Source: Blepharisma stoltei ATCC 30299 (lineage: Eukaryota > Protista > Ciliophora). From it: a stretch of 64,000 nt of DNA. The DNA lies in NCBI GenBank assembly GCA_965603825.1, contig CBFDEM010000040.1, positions 682,001-746,000 of the forward strand, given 5' to 3'. The translations under genes were made by a program, and so were the position numbers. The notes beneath the pieces are model-generated. The model was given only the letters and a program-made list of their open reading frames with translations, did no database searches and was not told where the DNA came from. Below are positions 23,714 to 35,270 of the stretch, in pieces (position 1 is the first letter of the stretch; each line of letters starts with the position of its first letter).

Positions 23714-23835
23714 ATAACTTAATTATTATCTAAAAAGACCAATTATATAAATTATGAGAAGAATCGTCTTGGAAATGATTTTATGTATAAAAAGCTAACT
23801 TCGCAATTAATATAACAAGATAATTTTATTTTAAT

Positions 23836-26800
23836 ATGGAAATTAAGCAATGCTTTGAAGCTAGCTGCAGAAGTGAAGTTGAGTATTCATGTGATTGCTC
23901 TTCTCCTGAAACTTATTCCTGCAAATTGCACTTAGCAGAGCATCTTGAGTCATCTAGCAATGCCCATCATTTTAAGCCTCTTTTTTGGAAGCCTTGTAAA
24001 GAAACAAAAGAGATGCTTCTTAGATTTCTTACAAAAGAAAAGTCTAAGCAAGATGAACTGAGGAAAAAATTCGTGGATTCTTTTGTTCAGAATCTTCAAA
24101 ATTTGAAAAATAATCTTGAAGAGCACTTAGATGAGCTGGACTCTAATTTGTTCGAAATTAATAGTTCCTTTGAAAAAGTTTTTCAAGCCCAGAAAATATC
24201 AAAATCCGAGCAGGATCCAATTTTAAAACTATTGACTCTGCATCCAGATGATGCTATTGAAAAAGCTAAAAAAATAATTCCAATAAGTTCAAATTTCTTA
24301 GAGACCGATCAAACAGCTTCTATAAAAAGCAAAAAAATAAAAAATGGAAGATTATGCAAGCACAAACTCACCCTCTTCTCTGTCTAATGGACAAGAAAAA
24401 CTTGTCATTGGTCTTGGAGAAGACAAAGTTATCTACAGCTTCTCTTCCTCAACTCATTTCCTACCAGAGCTTGAAGAAAACAAATTTTTAGAATTGTCAG
24501 TGAAATTTTATTTGTCTAAATTTCTCAAAGACTGCAACCAAAACAAGAAAAAAGAGCTCTTTTCAGCATTCTGCATCTCAGTTAACCAAAAATTTCCCCC
24601 AGAATCAATCCTAAGATGTCATAGATTACCTTCAGGAGATGCTATCCTGATCCCTAAAGAAAAATCAATACAACAAGATTTACTGAATCAAATCACATAT
24701 GAATTAAAATACAAAGGAAGAGACATCATGATACCAATCGGAATCTTATGACTAGGTGGTGAAATCAACTACAATAGGTATCGGATTAATTTTACATTAC
24801 CTCCTGGAATATCGATTGAGGAAACAATTAAATCATTAAAGCAAATCTGCGATATAAAAGAAATAATTATGAATAACACAATACAAAATGAAGGCAAGTT
24901 TCACAGTCTTAATTTTATACCAGAAGCAAAATACACAATATATGCTGAATTTAATTCACTAGAGCAAGCATTAGATCTCACAGATATATTGAAAATAGGA
25001 AATAACTCAGTATGATTAAATCACGCAGGAACAATGCAATGCAACACTTGTAACGAAATCGGACACCTTGAATCAAACCACGATAAAATTATTGAAATCA
25101 GAGAAAAAAGAAAAAGAATTAAGCAATCTAAGAAAGTCAAGAAAGGTTCAAGAAATTTAAATTTAATCGATCAAAAATACTTAGTCTCTGATAATAAATA
25201 TGAAAACAACTTAAAAACACGCAAGATCTCAACAATTAAGCCACCCAAAAAAAACATTCATCCTCCTGTTAAAACTCAGAATAATGAACCAGTTAATGCC
25301 TACAACTATGATATCAAGACATATATTCCTCTAAAGAAGAGCATCATAAAGCCGATAGAAATCATAGGAAGAACTATTCTAAAAGAAAATCACAAAAATA
25401 CAATCAAAAAAATTTTTATAATTAAAAAGACTCCAGCAATAAGGAAAAATGAACCAGAAAGAGAAGATGTAAATTGAAAGCTTATTAAGGAATCCTCGCA
25501 ATCCTATAATGAAACTGCTTCCAAATCTCCAAAACTTTCTCCATCATCAGAAATAAATTCATCCACTTTGATGACAGATTTTCCTGAAATAAACGTTTCT
25601 AAAATCGAAAACCCATTCTTACATAAAAAAGAAAAGAAAGAAAAACTGATAGTTGAACCCTTGATTTCAATTTATAACACCCAAAATAAGAAAAAGTTTG
25701 AAAATCCTTTCATCAATAAAGATGAAAAAGAAATTTACAAAAATAAAAAGATACAAATACTAGAGAGCAGAATGTTCCAAGATATGATTAGACCTCTATG
25801 CACAATTCTCTTTATTGAAGCATCTGATAATCTCACAGATCCAAAAAAATGATTGAAAATAACCCATTCTCCCTTAAGAAAAAATAATGTCCTACCTGTT
25901 CAAGTTGAAGAGGAAATTATAATTCCAAATCCAAGAAGATTGTGCGAAAAAATAATAAGAAAAAATTTTGGATTCATCAACATTTCAGGAATTGGAAAAG
26001 ACGATCTATCACGAAGACAATTAAGAAATGTTATGATCGAAAACGATATTACTATCTTAGGAATAGCAGAAACTTGATTAAAAGATAAAGTTTATATTGA
26101 TGGTTTTGTGTGAATAGGTAATAATGGACCTATAGTAGGCTACAGAGGATCAGGTGGAACTGGCTTATTAATTCATAATTCACTGGCAAATGAAATAACT
26201 TGAATTGAAACTAATAACCATAGAATAACTGCAGCAAAGATAGAAGATTTTTTGATAATATGCATATATGCACCAGTACTTGCAAACCACGAAAATGAAA
26301 AATCAATTAACGAATATAAATGAAACTTCTATATCAACTTTCAGAGGAAATAATAGACACACTATTATCGATTATATTATTTCAGAAACCCTATCAAAGA
26401 TTAAATACATAGAAGTCCCACAATTAAACACCAATCACGTATTATTACTATCTCATATAAAAAGTGTCCAGATAATACCAAAGCAAATATCCGTGATTCC
26501 ATGATATAAATTAGAAGGCAAGGAATTAGAAGCGTTCCAACACAGAATCTGAATCAATTTCCAGAATAAAGGAATCTACAAAACTCTTGATCCTTTAGCA
26601 ATATTTAATAACATCAAATCAACAATTGATGAAGAATCAAAATACCTACTAAAACATTTAAAACCAGACCATTTTAGAACCCCAGAAATGAAAATCTTAT
26701 TAAATAGAATAAATGACTCGAGGAAATGAATAAAATTTTGCTGAACGCAAAATAATAGAGAACTTGCTAACAAACTACAAAAGGTAAAAAAGGCATGAAT

Positions 26801-29800
26801 AAATAAACTAAAAAGACTATCTAACTATGAAAAAATCAGTGAAAGCAGATTGAAAGAATGTATGCAAGATCCATATGGAGCCTGAAACAAAATAAAACGT
26901 CAGATGAATAAAAATAGAATCGCATTATCATTAAACAAAGAAGAGATTAAAGCTTGAGCAACAGAATTTGAAAATCAATTTAAAAGTAAAATAGAATTCA
27001 TACCACAAAAGGGATGCTCAAAAGAAGAACTATGAGATTTCCAAGATATCCAGAAAATCATTAAAAAATTACCAAACAAAAAAGCTCCTGGACCAGACAA
27101 TATAAGAAATGAGATAATAAAGAAAGGTGGAGATATAATGGCAGAAGCAATTACACATTTCCTTAATAGTTGCAAATTAAATGGAATCCCAGACAAAGCC
27201 AATGAAGCAAAAACAATCCTTATATACAAAGGAAAAGGTAATCCGAAGGAACTTAATAGCTATAGACCCATAACCTTAATGAATAATTTTATGAAGATTC
27301 TTGACAAAGCAGAACTAAAAAGAATTGAAAATACGGTTAATATCTCAGAAAGACAACATGGATTCACAAAAGGAAAGTCATGCATGACTCAGATTTTTCT
27401 CTTAAAATCTACACTGGAATATCGTAAGTATTACAGGATTGGAAAAGGTAGAGACTCATATATATTATTTGTTGATTTCTCAAAAGCTTATGACTCAGTT
27501 AATAGAATTAGACTATTAGAGAAAATTAAAGCAAAAAATATAAAAAATGATAGCTGAAAAATAATCTCACAAATGCTAAAAGGTGAACAAACTACACTTG
27601 TCATAAATGGGATTGAAACAGAAAAAATAAACATAACAAGAGGTGTGAGACAAGGAAGTGCAATATCACCATTGTTATTTAATATATATATAGATGATAT
27701 AGAAAAGGAAAATAATGACATCAATATAGAACTCCTCCCCAACCACCAATTAAAATCAAAAATCAATTTTCAATATGCAGATGATACAGCTTTTGTAATA
27801 GAAGATTGAAAAGACATTGAAAACATTTTAAATAAACTTGATAAATGATCAAAAGATAATGATATGAACTTGAATATAGGACCGGAAAAAACAGCAATAA
27901 TGCCAATCATAACAAAAAATAGGAAAAATATTATAAGTAAACTACCTAAAATATCATACCAAAATCATGAAATACCAGTTGTTGAAAAATATAAATATTT
28001 AGGCAAAATAATGAATGGAAATATAAGAGGTACAGGATTCGACCAAGCGCATTATAAATACCTCAAAGATAAAAGCAAAATATCTACTTGCTCACTAATC
28101 CCTATGATTAGAAGAATGCTTAACATCCCAAGTAAAACTCTTATAAACTGCTTCAAAGCAATATTCTTACCAAGATGCACATATGGTCTTGAAATATGCT
28201 CAAGAATTAAATGCAAAACTGCAATTAAACAAATTCAAAGATCATTCAATAAGATTATAAGAGAATGTTGCCATGTTTATGACAAAACACCTATTGAACC
28301 CTTATTACTTGATTTAAATATTCCAACAATACAACAATATATTGACCAAAAATCATTGATATTTTTACAAAAAATTTTTGAATTAACACATATATCTGAG
28401 ATTGCAACCCATTTCCTAAGAAATTTCGATAATACAATTACACCGACAATGAAAATCTACCAAGAGTTGCTTCAAAAATATAATTTTACAAAACCATTCG
28501 ATTTTAATAACAACATGATTAGCTGAAATGACAAAAATTGAAAAGGAAATGTCAAAGATAAACTCAAAATCTATTGAAGAAACGAAAACATGAGCATAAT
28601 AAATAAAAAAGTAACATTAAAGATGTTTAAAGAATTAAGGAATCAAACTTTTACCACGAATAAACTCCCAAAATTCTGAATACTGAATAAAAACCTAATT
28701 ACTGAAACAAGAATAAAGGCTGCTTGAAGATATGGTGCTGGTCCATCTAAAGTATTAGTTCTATTGAGAAACAGAAATAATCAAGATAACATTCGAATTT
28801 ATGTGAATTATGTAAAGTCAAGGAAACAGATAAACATATTCTTAACGAATGCATAAAATATAAAAACGAAAGAATCAAATTTATACAAAGATTACAAGAT
28901 ATGATAGGCAGATATATTAACAATACAAGCATATACAATTGACTTATTTCAGATGTTACAGAATTAAAATTTTTAGAAGAATTAGGTGAAGAAAAATGAG
29001 AAAAGATTGACTTTTTAACAAAGATCACACTAAGAAGTATTGATGATAAATTGCGAACTAGCAGAGAAAACAGCAAACACAAGCATTTCTTTGAAATCCA
29101 AAATATTGAAGATGACCTCAAAAAAGAAAACATATCTATTCATGATTTAAATTTTTGAAGACTCGTTAAAAGTATAAGGCGTTTGAAATAGTACGCCAAT
29201 AATTAATTTAATCCTAATCCTAATCTATAAAAAGCCTAGATCTAGTTGTTGAAAAATTTATCGAGGAAAAGTTTGATAGCTTTTTAAACATATTATTTAA
29301 TATAGAACAAAAATTTGAGGAATACAATAAATCAATAGACATTACGGATGATTTTTCAAAAATAAAGCAGTCTATAAAAGAATTAATAAGTAAAATTGAG
29401 AGTAGCAGAATAGAGTTTAGTGATTTAAAGCAAAATCTTGGAAGGGGACAGCAAGAAAAAACTAAAAATGCTGTGGATGAGCAAAATTCTAAAATCCAAA
29501 TATTTACTCAAAAATTAATAGATCAAAAACATGAAGTACTAGGAAGAATAAACGACCCAGAATTTGAGCAAGATTTTCGAATTAATTGCTTATCATATGA
29601 TATCTACTTAAAAGAAATCAACACTTTTGATTCATCACTCAACCAAGCTTATCAAGAATACATCGGTGCTTACCATCAAATTGCATCTCTTTATCTTACC
29701 AGAGGAGGCACTGCTGGTAAGACTAATTTGATTGTTTATGATACCGAAAGCGAGCTTAAAGAGTCCAAAGTATTTAATACCCCAGATTCCTTAAATTATG

Positions 29801-30450
29801 GCACATGCATAGCCCAACTTCCAAATGGTGAATTATTCTGCTTTGGCAAAAATAATCCGATTTCTGGTATTGCAATAATAATTGGCAGAAATTCAGAATT
29901 TCAAGTTTTACCTTCTGGAACACCTTGCTCAGTTTCCTCAGCTATCTATTTTAATAGAAGCGTTTATTGCTTTGGAGGATATGATAACAAAACTGCTTTA
30001 ACTCTATCAGAGAGATTTGATTTAGATAGAAACCAATGAATTAAATTAAATCCTCTTCCACAAGACGACTGGCTTTGCCACAGCATAATATTTAAAATGA
30101 ATATTTTGATTTCTGGGAGCAAAAATAGAAATATTTTACGATATTCAATTGAAAACGACTCTTTCACAAAAATCCCTTTTCAGTTTGCACCTGGGAGAAG
30201 AAAAATCTTGCTAAATGCTGGGAGACTGTATTTAATAGAGTGCGATAATGGAATGGTTTATGAAAGCGAAGATGGGGATGAGACTGCTTGGAAACAAGTC
30301 GGAAGATCAATAATTCAGGAAGCATATCCTAGCCAAATTTATTGCGCATATAACAAAGAAGCAATATATATTGGAGTTAATTATATAAAAGTGCATGAAT
30401 ACTATAGATTTGATTTGGGTCCAAAATCTATGATTCCACTTTCGGTCTAG
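23836..30450 (+). CDS. B-box-like Zn finger / coiled-coil / Kelch protein interrupted by a retrotransposon (coding parts 23836-24330 and 29236-30450, 569 aa when joined)
   Basis: The join ...TASIKS|LDLVVEKF... is in frame with no TAA/TAG until TAG 30450. Kelch-like repeats: VYCFGGYDNKTALTLSERFDLDRNQW. Confidence 0.85.
24319..24330 (+). repeat. Target-site duplication, left copy (TCTATAAAAAGC)
   Basis: Exact match to 29224-29235. Confidence 0.92.
24331..29223 (+). mobile_element. Non-LTR (LINE) retrotransposon, APE-RT type
   Basis: 12-bp TSD TCTATAAAAAGC, APE and RT motifs, C-terminal CCHC finger, 3' hairpin and (TAATCC)n tail. Confidence 0.95.
24344..29191 (+). pseudogene. Retrotransposon polyprotein (Gag-like RRM plus Zn knuckle, APE endonuclease, RT, CCHC finger) with two frameshifts
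   Basis: CNTCNEIGHLESNH; NISG, GIAETW, GSGGTG, IYAP, IDYI; KAPGPDNI, YRPITL, QHGF, VDFSKAYDSV, GVRQGSAISPLLF, YADD, YKYLG; CELCKVKETDKHILNEC. Frameshifts at about 26315 and about 28790. Stop is TAG 29189-29191. Confidence 0.9.
29209..29225 (+). repeat. LINE 3' tandem-repeat tail TAATCC-TAATCC-TAATC
   Basis: Lies immediately before, and overlaps, the right TSD. Confidence 0.8.
29224..29235 (+). repeat. Target-site duplication, right copy (TCTATAAAAAGC)
   Basis: Exact match to 24319-24330. Confidence 0.92.
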
Positions 30451-30884
30451 TAAGCATTTTTATAAACTTTAACAAGCTATTTAATAATAAAGAATAAGCT
30501 ATTTTGATTAATGGGCTATGAATATCGTTCCAGCTCTAAACAGCCTCTTTCCTCAAACCTATACTTTCATATTGGCATGCTTATAAGATTAGTTATAGTC
30601 CATTATTTTGTTTACAAATAAGTTGTTATACCTCTTTAAAACATAATTTTTTCATAATTTAAAACTTTTATCTCAAATTTAATTTAAAATACCAAAAAAA
30701 CCTTAAATTGCTATATTTTTTTTTAAATTAACAAATCTAAGTTTAAAAATTGCACAGATCATTAATAAAATAATATAAAAACAGAGATAATAATATATAG
30801 GAATTTTTAACCCTCACTCAAAAATTGAAAAGGTAAGAAAGAAATAAAATTCATTCTGATCTGCAAACCCTAGAGTAAACTTTA

Positions 30885-33800
30885 ATGGACTCAGAATTAT
30901 TTTATTGAAATATGGTAACTTATAGTTAGCAGCGGGAACTCAATGAAAATGAAGGTCTTGACAGCCATTTTCTAAAACGACCAAGATCACCTGATAAAGT
31001 TGATGTTTTTCCATCAAAAACGTCGCCACCATCGCCAGATGAGCCTCCGCAAGAACCTGTGGAGTCAAATTCGCCTCGATTCCAAAGCTTTCTGACATCA
31101 TCAGGCATGTCCAAAGCAATTTGGTGCCTTCCAAACTTATCAAAGCTCATGTCCCGATTTTCAGCAGACGAGATGGTAATCGTAATTTAGGTCGAGACCG
31201 AGTGATTTAACTCTTCAAATGGGCAACTCTGGCGCTTGGTTCTCCACCCCAAAAACGAAGAAAAATTCATTGGCATTTATGTGGAAGCCTGCATCCAAGA
31301 GAATTTCTCCCCACAGACAGCAAACTTTACATTATCCTTATACGTCACCAAGAAGACAGGGAAAGTTATAAAAAAGACTTCAAAAACCTCACAAGACACT
31401 TTTACAATGGAGACCAAGCTAATTGGATACCCAAAGCTCATTTCTCACAAGAAAAATTCTTATTACTTAGACAAGCCTATGTACGTGGTGTGCTCACTTA
31501 GGCCAAGTATTAATTCTGAGACCTGCCGCCAAGCAACAGGATATGTAGGACTTGTAAATGAAGGGACAACCTGCTATATGAACTCGCTTTTACAAACTTT
31601 ATTTTTGATCACGTCATTTAGAAAGGCTTTATACTCAATAGTGCCGACTGATAGTGAATATGATAGGATCCCTCAGGCGTTAAGAAAACTGTTTGGAGCT
31701 TTGCAAGTCAGCCAAAATCCTCCATCGACACAAGAACTTTTAAAAAGTTTTGGATGGGGTCGTGACGAATGGCACATTCAACATGACGTCCAAGAATTTA
31801 ACTACACATTATCAGAAACTCTAGAAAGAAATATGAATGGAACTCTCGCCCAAGGCACCTATTCCAGCTTATTTAAAGGGAAAATTCTTCAAAAAATACA
31901 ATGTCTTAACGTAGACTACAGCTCAAAAAAATACGAAGAATTCATAGATTTGCAGCTTGACGTCAAAGGAAACAATAACATAATAGAAAGTCTCAAAAAG
32001 TATTTTTCACCTGTAGAATTAACAGGGGATATGCAATACGAAGCTGAAGGCTTTGGAAAACAAGACGCAAAAAAAATAATGATGATTGAAGAACTCCCAC
32101 CAGTCCTACAAGTCATGCTAAAAAGATTTGAATACAACCCAGCTAGAGGCTCTATGGTGAAATTAAACGAAAAATTCGAATTTTATGAAGAAATCGACCT
32201 GGATCCTTATATGCTGCCTGGAAAAAGAGGACTTAATAAATACAGATTGTTTTCTATATTGATTCATGCAGGAACACTCGCATCTGGACATTATTATGCA
32301 TTTATTTCGCCTGGGCTTGACGACAACTGATTTAAATTTAACGATGAAAACGTAGAAAGAGCGCTTCCGTCACAAGTAATCAGGGCAAATTGAGGAGGAG
32401 ATATGGAAGACCTCTTGTTATCAGACACAGGCGAAATCTCAATTGGCAATAAAAAAAGTGACACAAGCGCTTATATGCTATTTTATATCAAAAAATCAGA
32501 AAAAACCAAAGTTATTCCACCTATTAATGGCCAAGATATCCCTGTCTCTTTAGTATCAAATATCCCTGCCAGCGAAGTAAAAGTCAGAGAAAACAAAAGA
32601 GTCCGCAGAGTTCTACACTGCACAGTCGCTCTTGCAAGCAAAGAAACCATTATTGGCTGAAAAGGCCCAGGAATAGCCCCACCAGAGTCCCAAAGCCGCT
32701 TTTTTATTTATTCAACCCGCAAGAACTCAAAAGTCCAGTACATCATAGACACAAAACTTGCCCATTTAGGACCAATTAAGCTATGAACTTTTAGCCCAGG
32801 CCCAGTAAATTGAAAATTCAAAGAAATTGACCTAAACCAAATTTTGAATAATTATGCCTTTGAAAACAGCCTTATTACTCAAGCCATTTTTATAGAGTCC
32901 TCTAAAACTGTTTTTGATGGAAAAATCGACTCTTGAAGCTGAGATGACGGAAAAGATGAGTCCTCAGAAGAAAGTTCCCCAGAGCCAGTACAAGAAAATG
33001 GAAAAAATCCTGTAGTCAGCCCTTCTTCACATATATTTGTATTTGTGAAAACTTTTGTGAACGGGGAATTGGAGATTGTAGGGGTAGAATGAATTGAAGA
33101 TGCCGCTGCTGTTATGATAAAGCAGAAATTATTTGAAAAATATTTCCCTGGAGCAGCAGTTGGCTGGATTTGTATAGAAAGGTGTGGCAGTGAAGAAGTC
33201 AGGATTGAAGAATTAGTAGGTTTTGTGACAGGAAATAAAGAGAAAAAAGGGATGATAATAGAAAATGGGGACGCTTTAATTATAGGTAGCGATATCAGTC
33301 AAAATATCCCTCACAAGCTAAGAGAAGTGGCTAGTAACGTAGAAGTCCAAGTCCTTTATTATGACCTGCATCAATATTTCAATTTTATGTCCTTTTCTAA
33401 GCAGCTTCTTGAGAGAAACATGTTCCCACAAAAGCTTGACTTAAAGCTATCGCTTTCTTACACCCAGCATCAAGCAATGAAAATTATTGCAGACGCTCTC
33501 AAGCCTTATTGTCCAGAAATATCAGAAAACCAAATAAACCTACTTGGACCAAATATGGTGCCTTATACATATTCGCCTGAATTTTTCTTATCAAAAATCC
33601 TGCAAAATAAGAAAATTTATTATGATATTTCTCAATATGATTTATTAGCAATACGGGGGATGCTACATCTGCAGGTCGTGTTTTTTGATGAAGAATATTG
33701 CCCTTTACGGTCTATTCCTATAGTCATTCTTCAAGAAAGCACTGTAAAAGATGCATGTGATATGATGGCCAATGAGCTGGAAGGACTTCCTGAGCTGTTT

Positions 33801-34262
33801 TTGTATCAGCAGAACCAAAAAGCAATTTTAAATTTTTTGGAGCCTGAAAATAAGCTAAAAGATATTGCAGTATCTAAAGATATACTGATGGGGATTAAAA
33901 TTATGAATGATGAAGAGCTGAAAATGCTAAAAGATAAGAAGCTGAAGGTAAAATTTATGCAGAGAATTAAGGTTTTTCATGCTTATAACTCAGAAGAAGG
34001 GCTAGGAAGGCCATTTACTGTAATCATCAAGGTAAAGTTTATATAGAAAACTGATACAACTGCGAGTATAAAACAGAAAATTGTTGAAAAAGCGGGAATT
34101 ATAACTGGATTAAAATTAAAAGTAGCAGAAATTGATAAAGTTGGGCAGAAAGCGATGAAAATTACTGAAGACTTGGATGAAAATGAAGAAGAGTTCTGGG
34201 ATAGGTATAAAAATATGAGCATAGTGGTAGAGCACAAATTACAAGGGATGAGACTTAACTAA
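30885..34262 (+). CDS. USP7-like ubiquitin-specific protease (MATH plus USP domain), three 15-nt introns; start 30885 or 30912
   Basis: TGYVGLVNEGTTCYMNSLLQ, QHDVQE, LKRFEY, HAGTLASGHYYAF and (TGA)WFKFNDE. Introns 30915-30929, 31176-31190 and 34032-34046. Stop is TAA 34260-34262. Confidence 0.88.
30915..30929 (+). other. 15-nt intron GTAACTTATAGTTAG
   Basis: Follows an ATG and removes an in-frame TAG. Confidence 0.8.
31176..31190 (+). other. 15-nt intron GTAATCGTAATTTAG
   Basis: Removes an in-frame TAG within the MATH domain. Confidence 0.88.
34032..34046 (+). other. 15-nt intron GTAAAGTTTATATAG
   Basis: Removes an in-frame TAG, and the ORF continues for 71 codons. Confidence 0.85.
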
Positions 34263-34556
34263 ACTGTTAATATGTAAGCCTTTGAAAAGCTATATTAAAA
34301 ATACTTTTATCAACAATTAATGTATTAGCATCTTTATAAGATTTTTATTGAAAATTCCCTTAAGGACGGTGTTTATGTTTCTTAAAAAATTTTTGAAATT
34401 TGTTCGATAAACTACGCATATAAAAAAACGATTTAAATTCAAAAAAGAATTTATTATTTTATAATAATTTTTTATTTTGTGTTTCATAATTAATCATTAT
34501 CTGTTTCCAATATACAAAATATTAATACATTATTTAATGAAATTTCATATTTTATA

Positions 34557-35270
34557 ATGGGTATTTCTTCAAAAGAATTGACAATAGCAGGATGCGCTGT
34601 AGCTATATCCGCAGGCGTTTTTCTATACTTTTACACACGGAAAAAACAAAAAGGAAACATGCTTAGGGTCGAAATTCTTTCCAAAGAGTCCTTTATAGAA
34701 ATTTGTCAAAATATCAGAAGTCAATATTCCAACAATTATTGGCCAGCTGTAAAAGAATGCAGGATTGAGCGTCGAAGATATTCTCCGAAATCAGAAAATT
34801 ATGAGCAAGCAATAGTAAACTTTCAGAGACGAACAAAGGCCTTCCTAGATAGTGCTACAGAGCAGGTAACCAGAAAATATGGAATTTCCCACAAAATATT
34901 TGAAAACTCAGTAAATTATTATGACTCATTTCCAGAAATCGCTCAATATTCTGAAGAACTTGTAAAGCCTGCATATACTGAGGAGATAAAATCTGATCTT
35001 ACTGTAAACCAAGTCCGAGATGTTATGATTTATTATTCAAACCGCTTTAATGAATTAAATGCAGATTATTTAGGAGATTTTGAAGATTATTATATAGTAA
35101 CAAGCCAGATTGAAGACGAAATTTATAAAAAGTATAAGATAGAGGTAGAAGAACTTAATAATGAATACGAAAAATATAAAACAGAGCTTGAGGATATTGT
35201 GGAGCCGATGAAAACGCAAACTTCTTATATTTTAGCTTCAGCTGATGACTCTTTTGAAGGCTACAAATAA
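34557..35270 (+). CDS. Hypothetical protein with N-terminal membrane anchor
   Basis: 237-aa ORF. Hydrophobic LTIAGCAVAISAGVFLYFY is followed by RKKQK. Confidence 0.75.
   Translation: MGISSKELTIAGCAVAISAGVFLYFYTRKKQKGNMLRVEILSKESFIEICQNIRSQYSNNYWPAVKECRIERRRYSPKSENYEQAIVNFQRRTKAFLDSATEQVTRKYGISHKIFENSVNYYDSFPEIAQYSEELVKPAYTEEIKSDLTVNQVRDVMIYYSNRFNELNADYLGDFEDYYIVTSQIEDEIYKKYKIEVEELNNEYEKYKTELEDIVEPMKTQTSYILASADDSFEGYK

Noticed and set aside
25600-25745. Repeated ENPF(L/I)xK motif in the LINE linker
   Set aside because: Only two short degenerate copies in a low-complexity linker, so no function can be supported.
29209-29225. (TAATCC)n as a telomere or chromosome-breakage site
   Set aside because: Fewer than three units, internal, and exactly at the LINE 3' end next to the TSD. 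It is better explained as the element's tail.
19211-30843. AAAAGGTAAGAAA seen in two intergenic regions (about 19212 and 30828)
   Set aside because: Short and A-rich, with no extended similarity. It could be a chance match or an unused splice-donor-like word.
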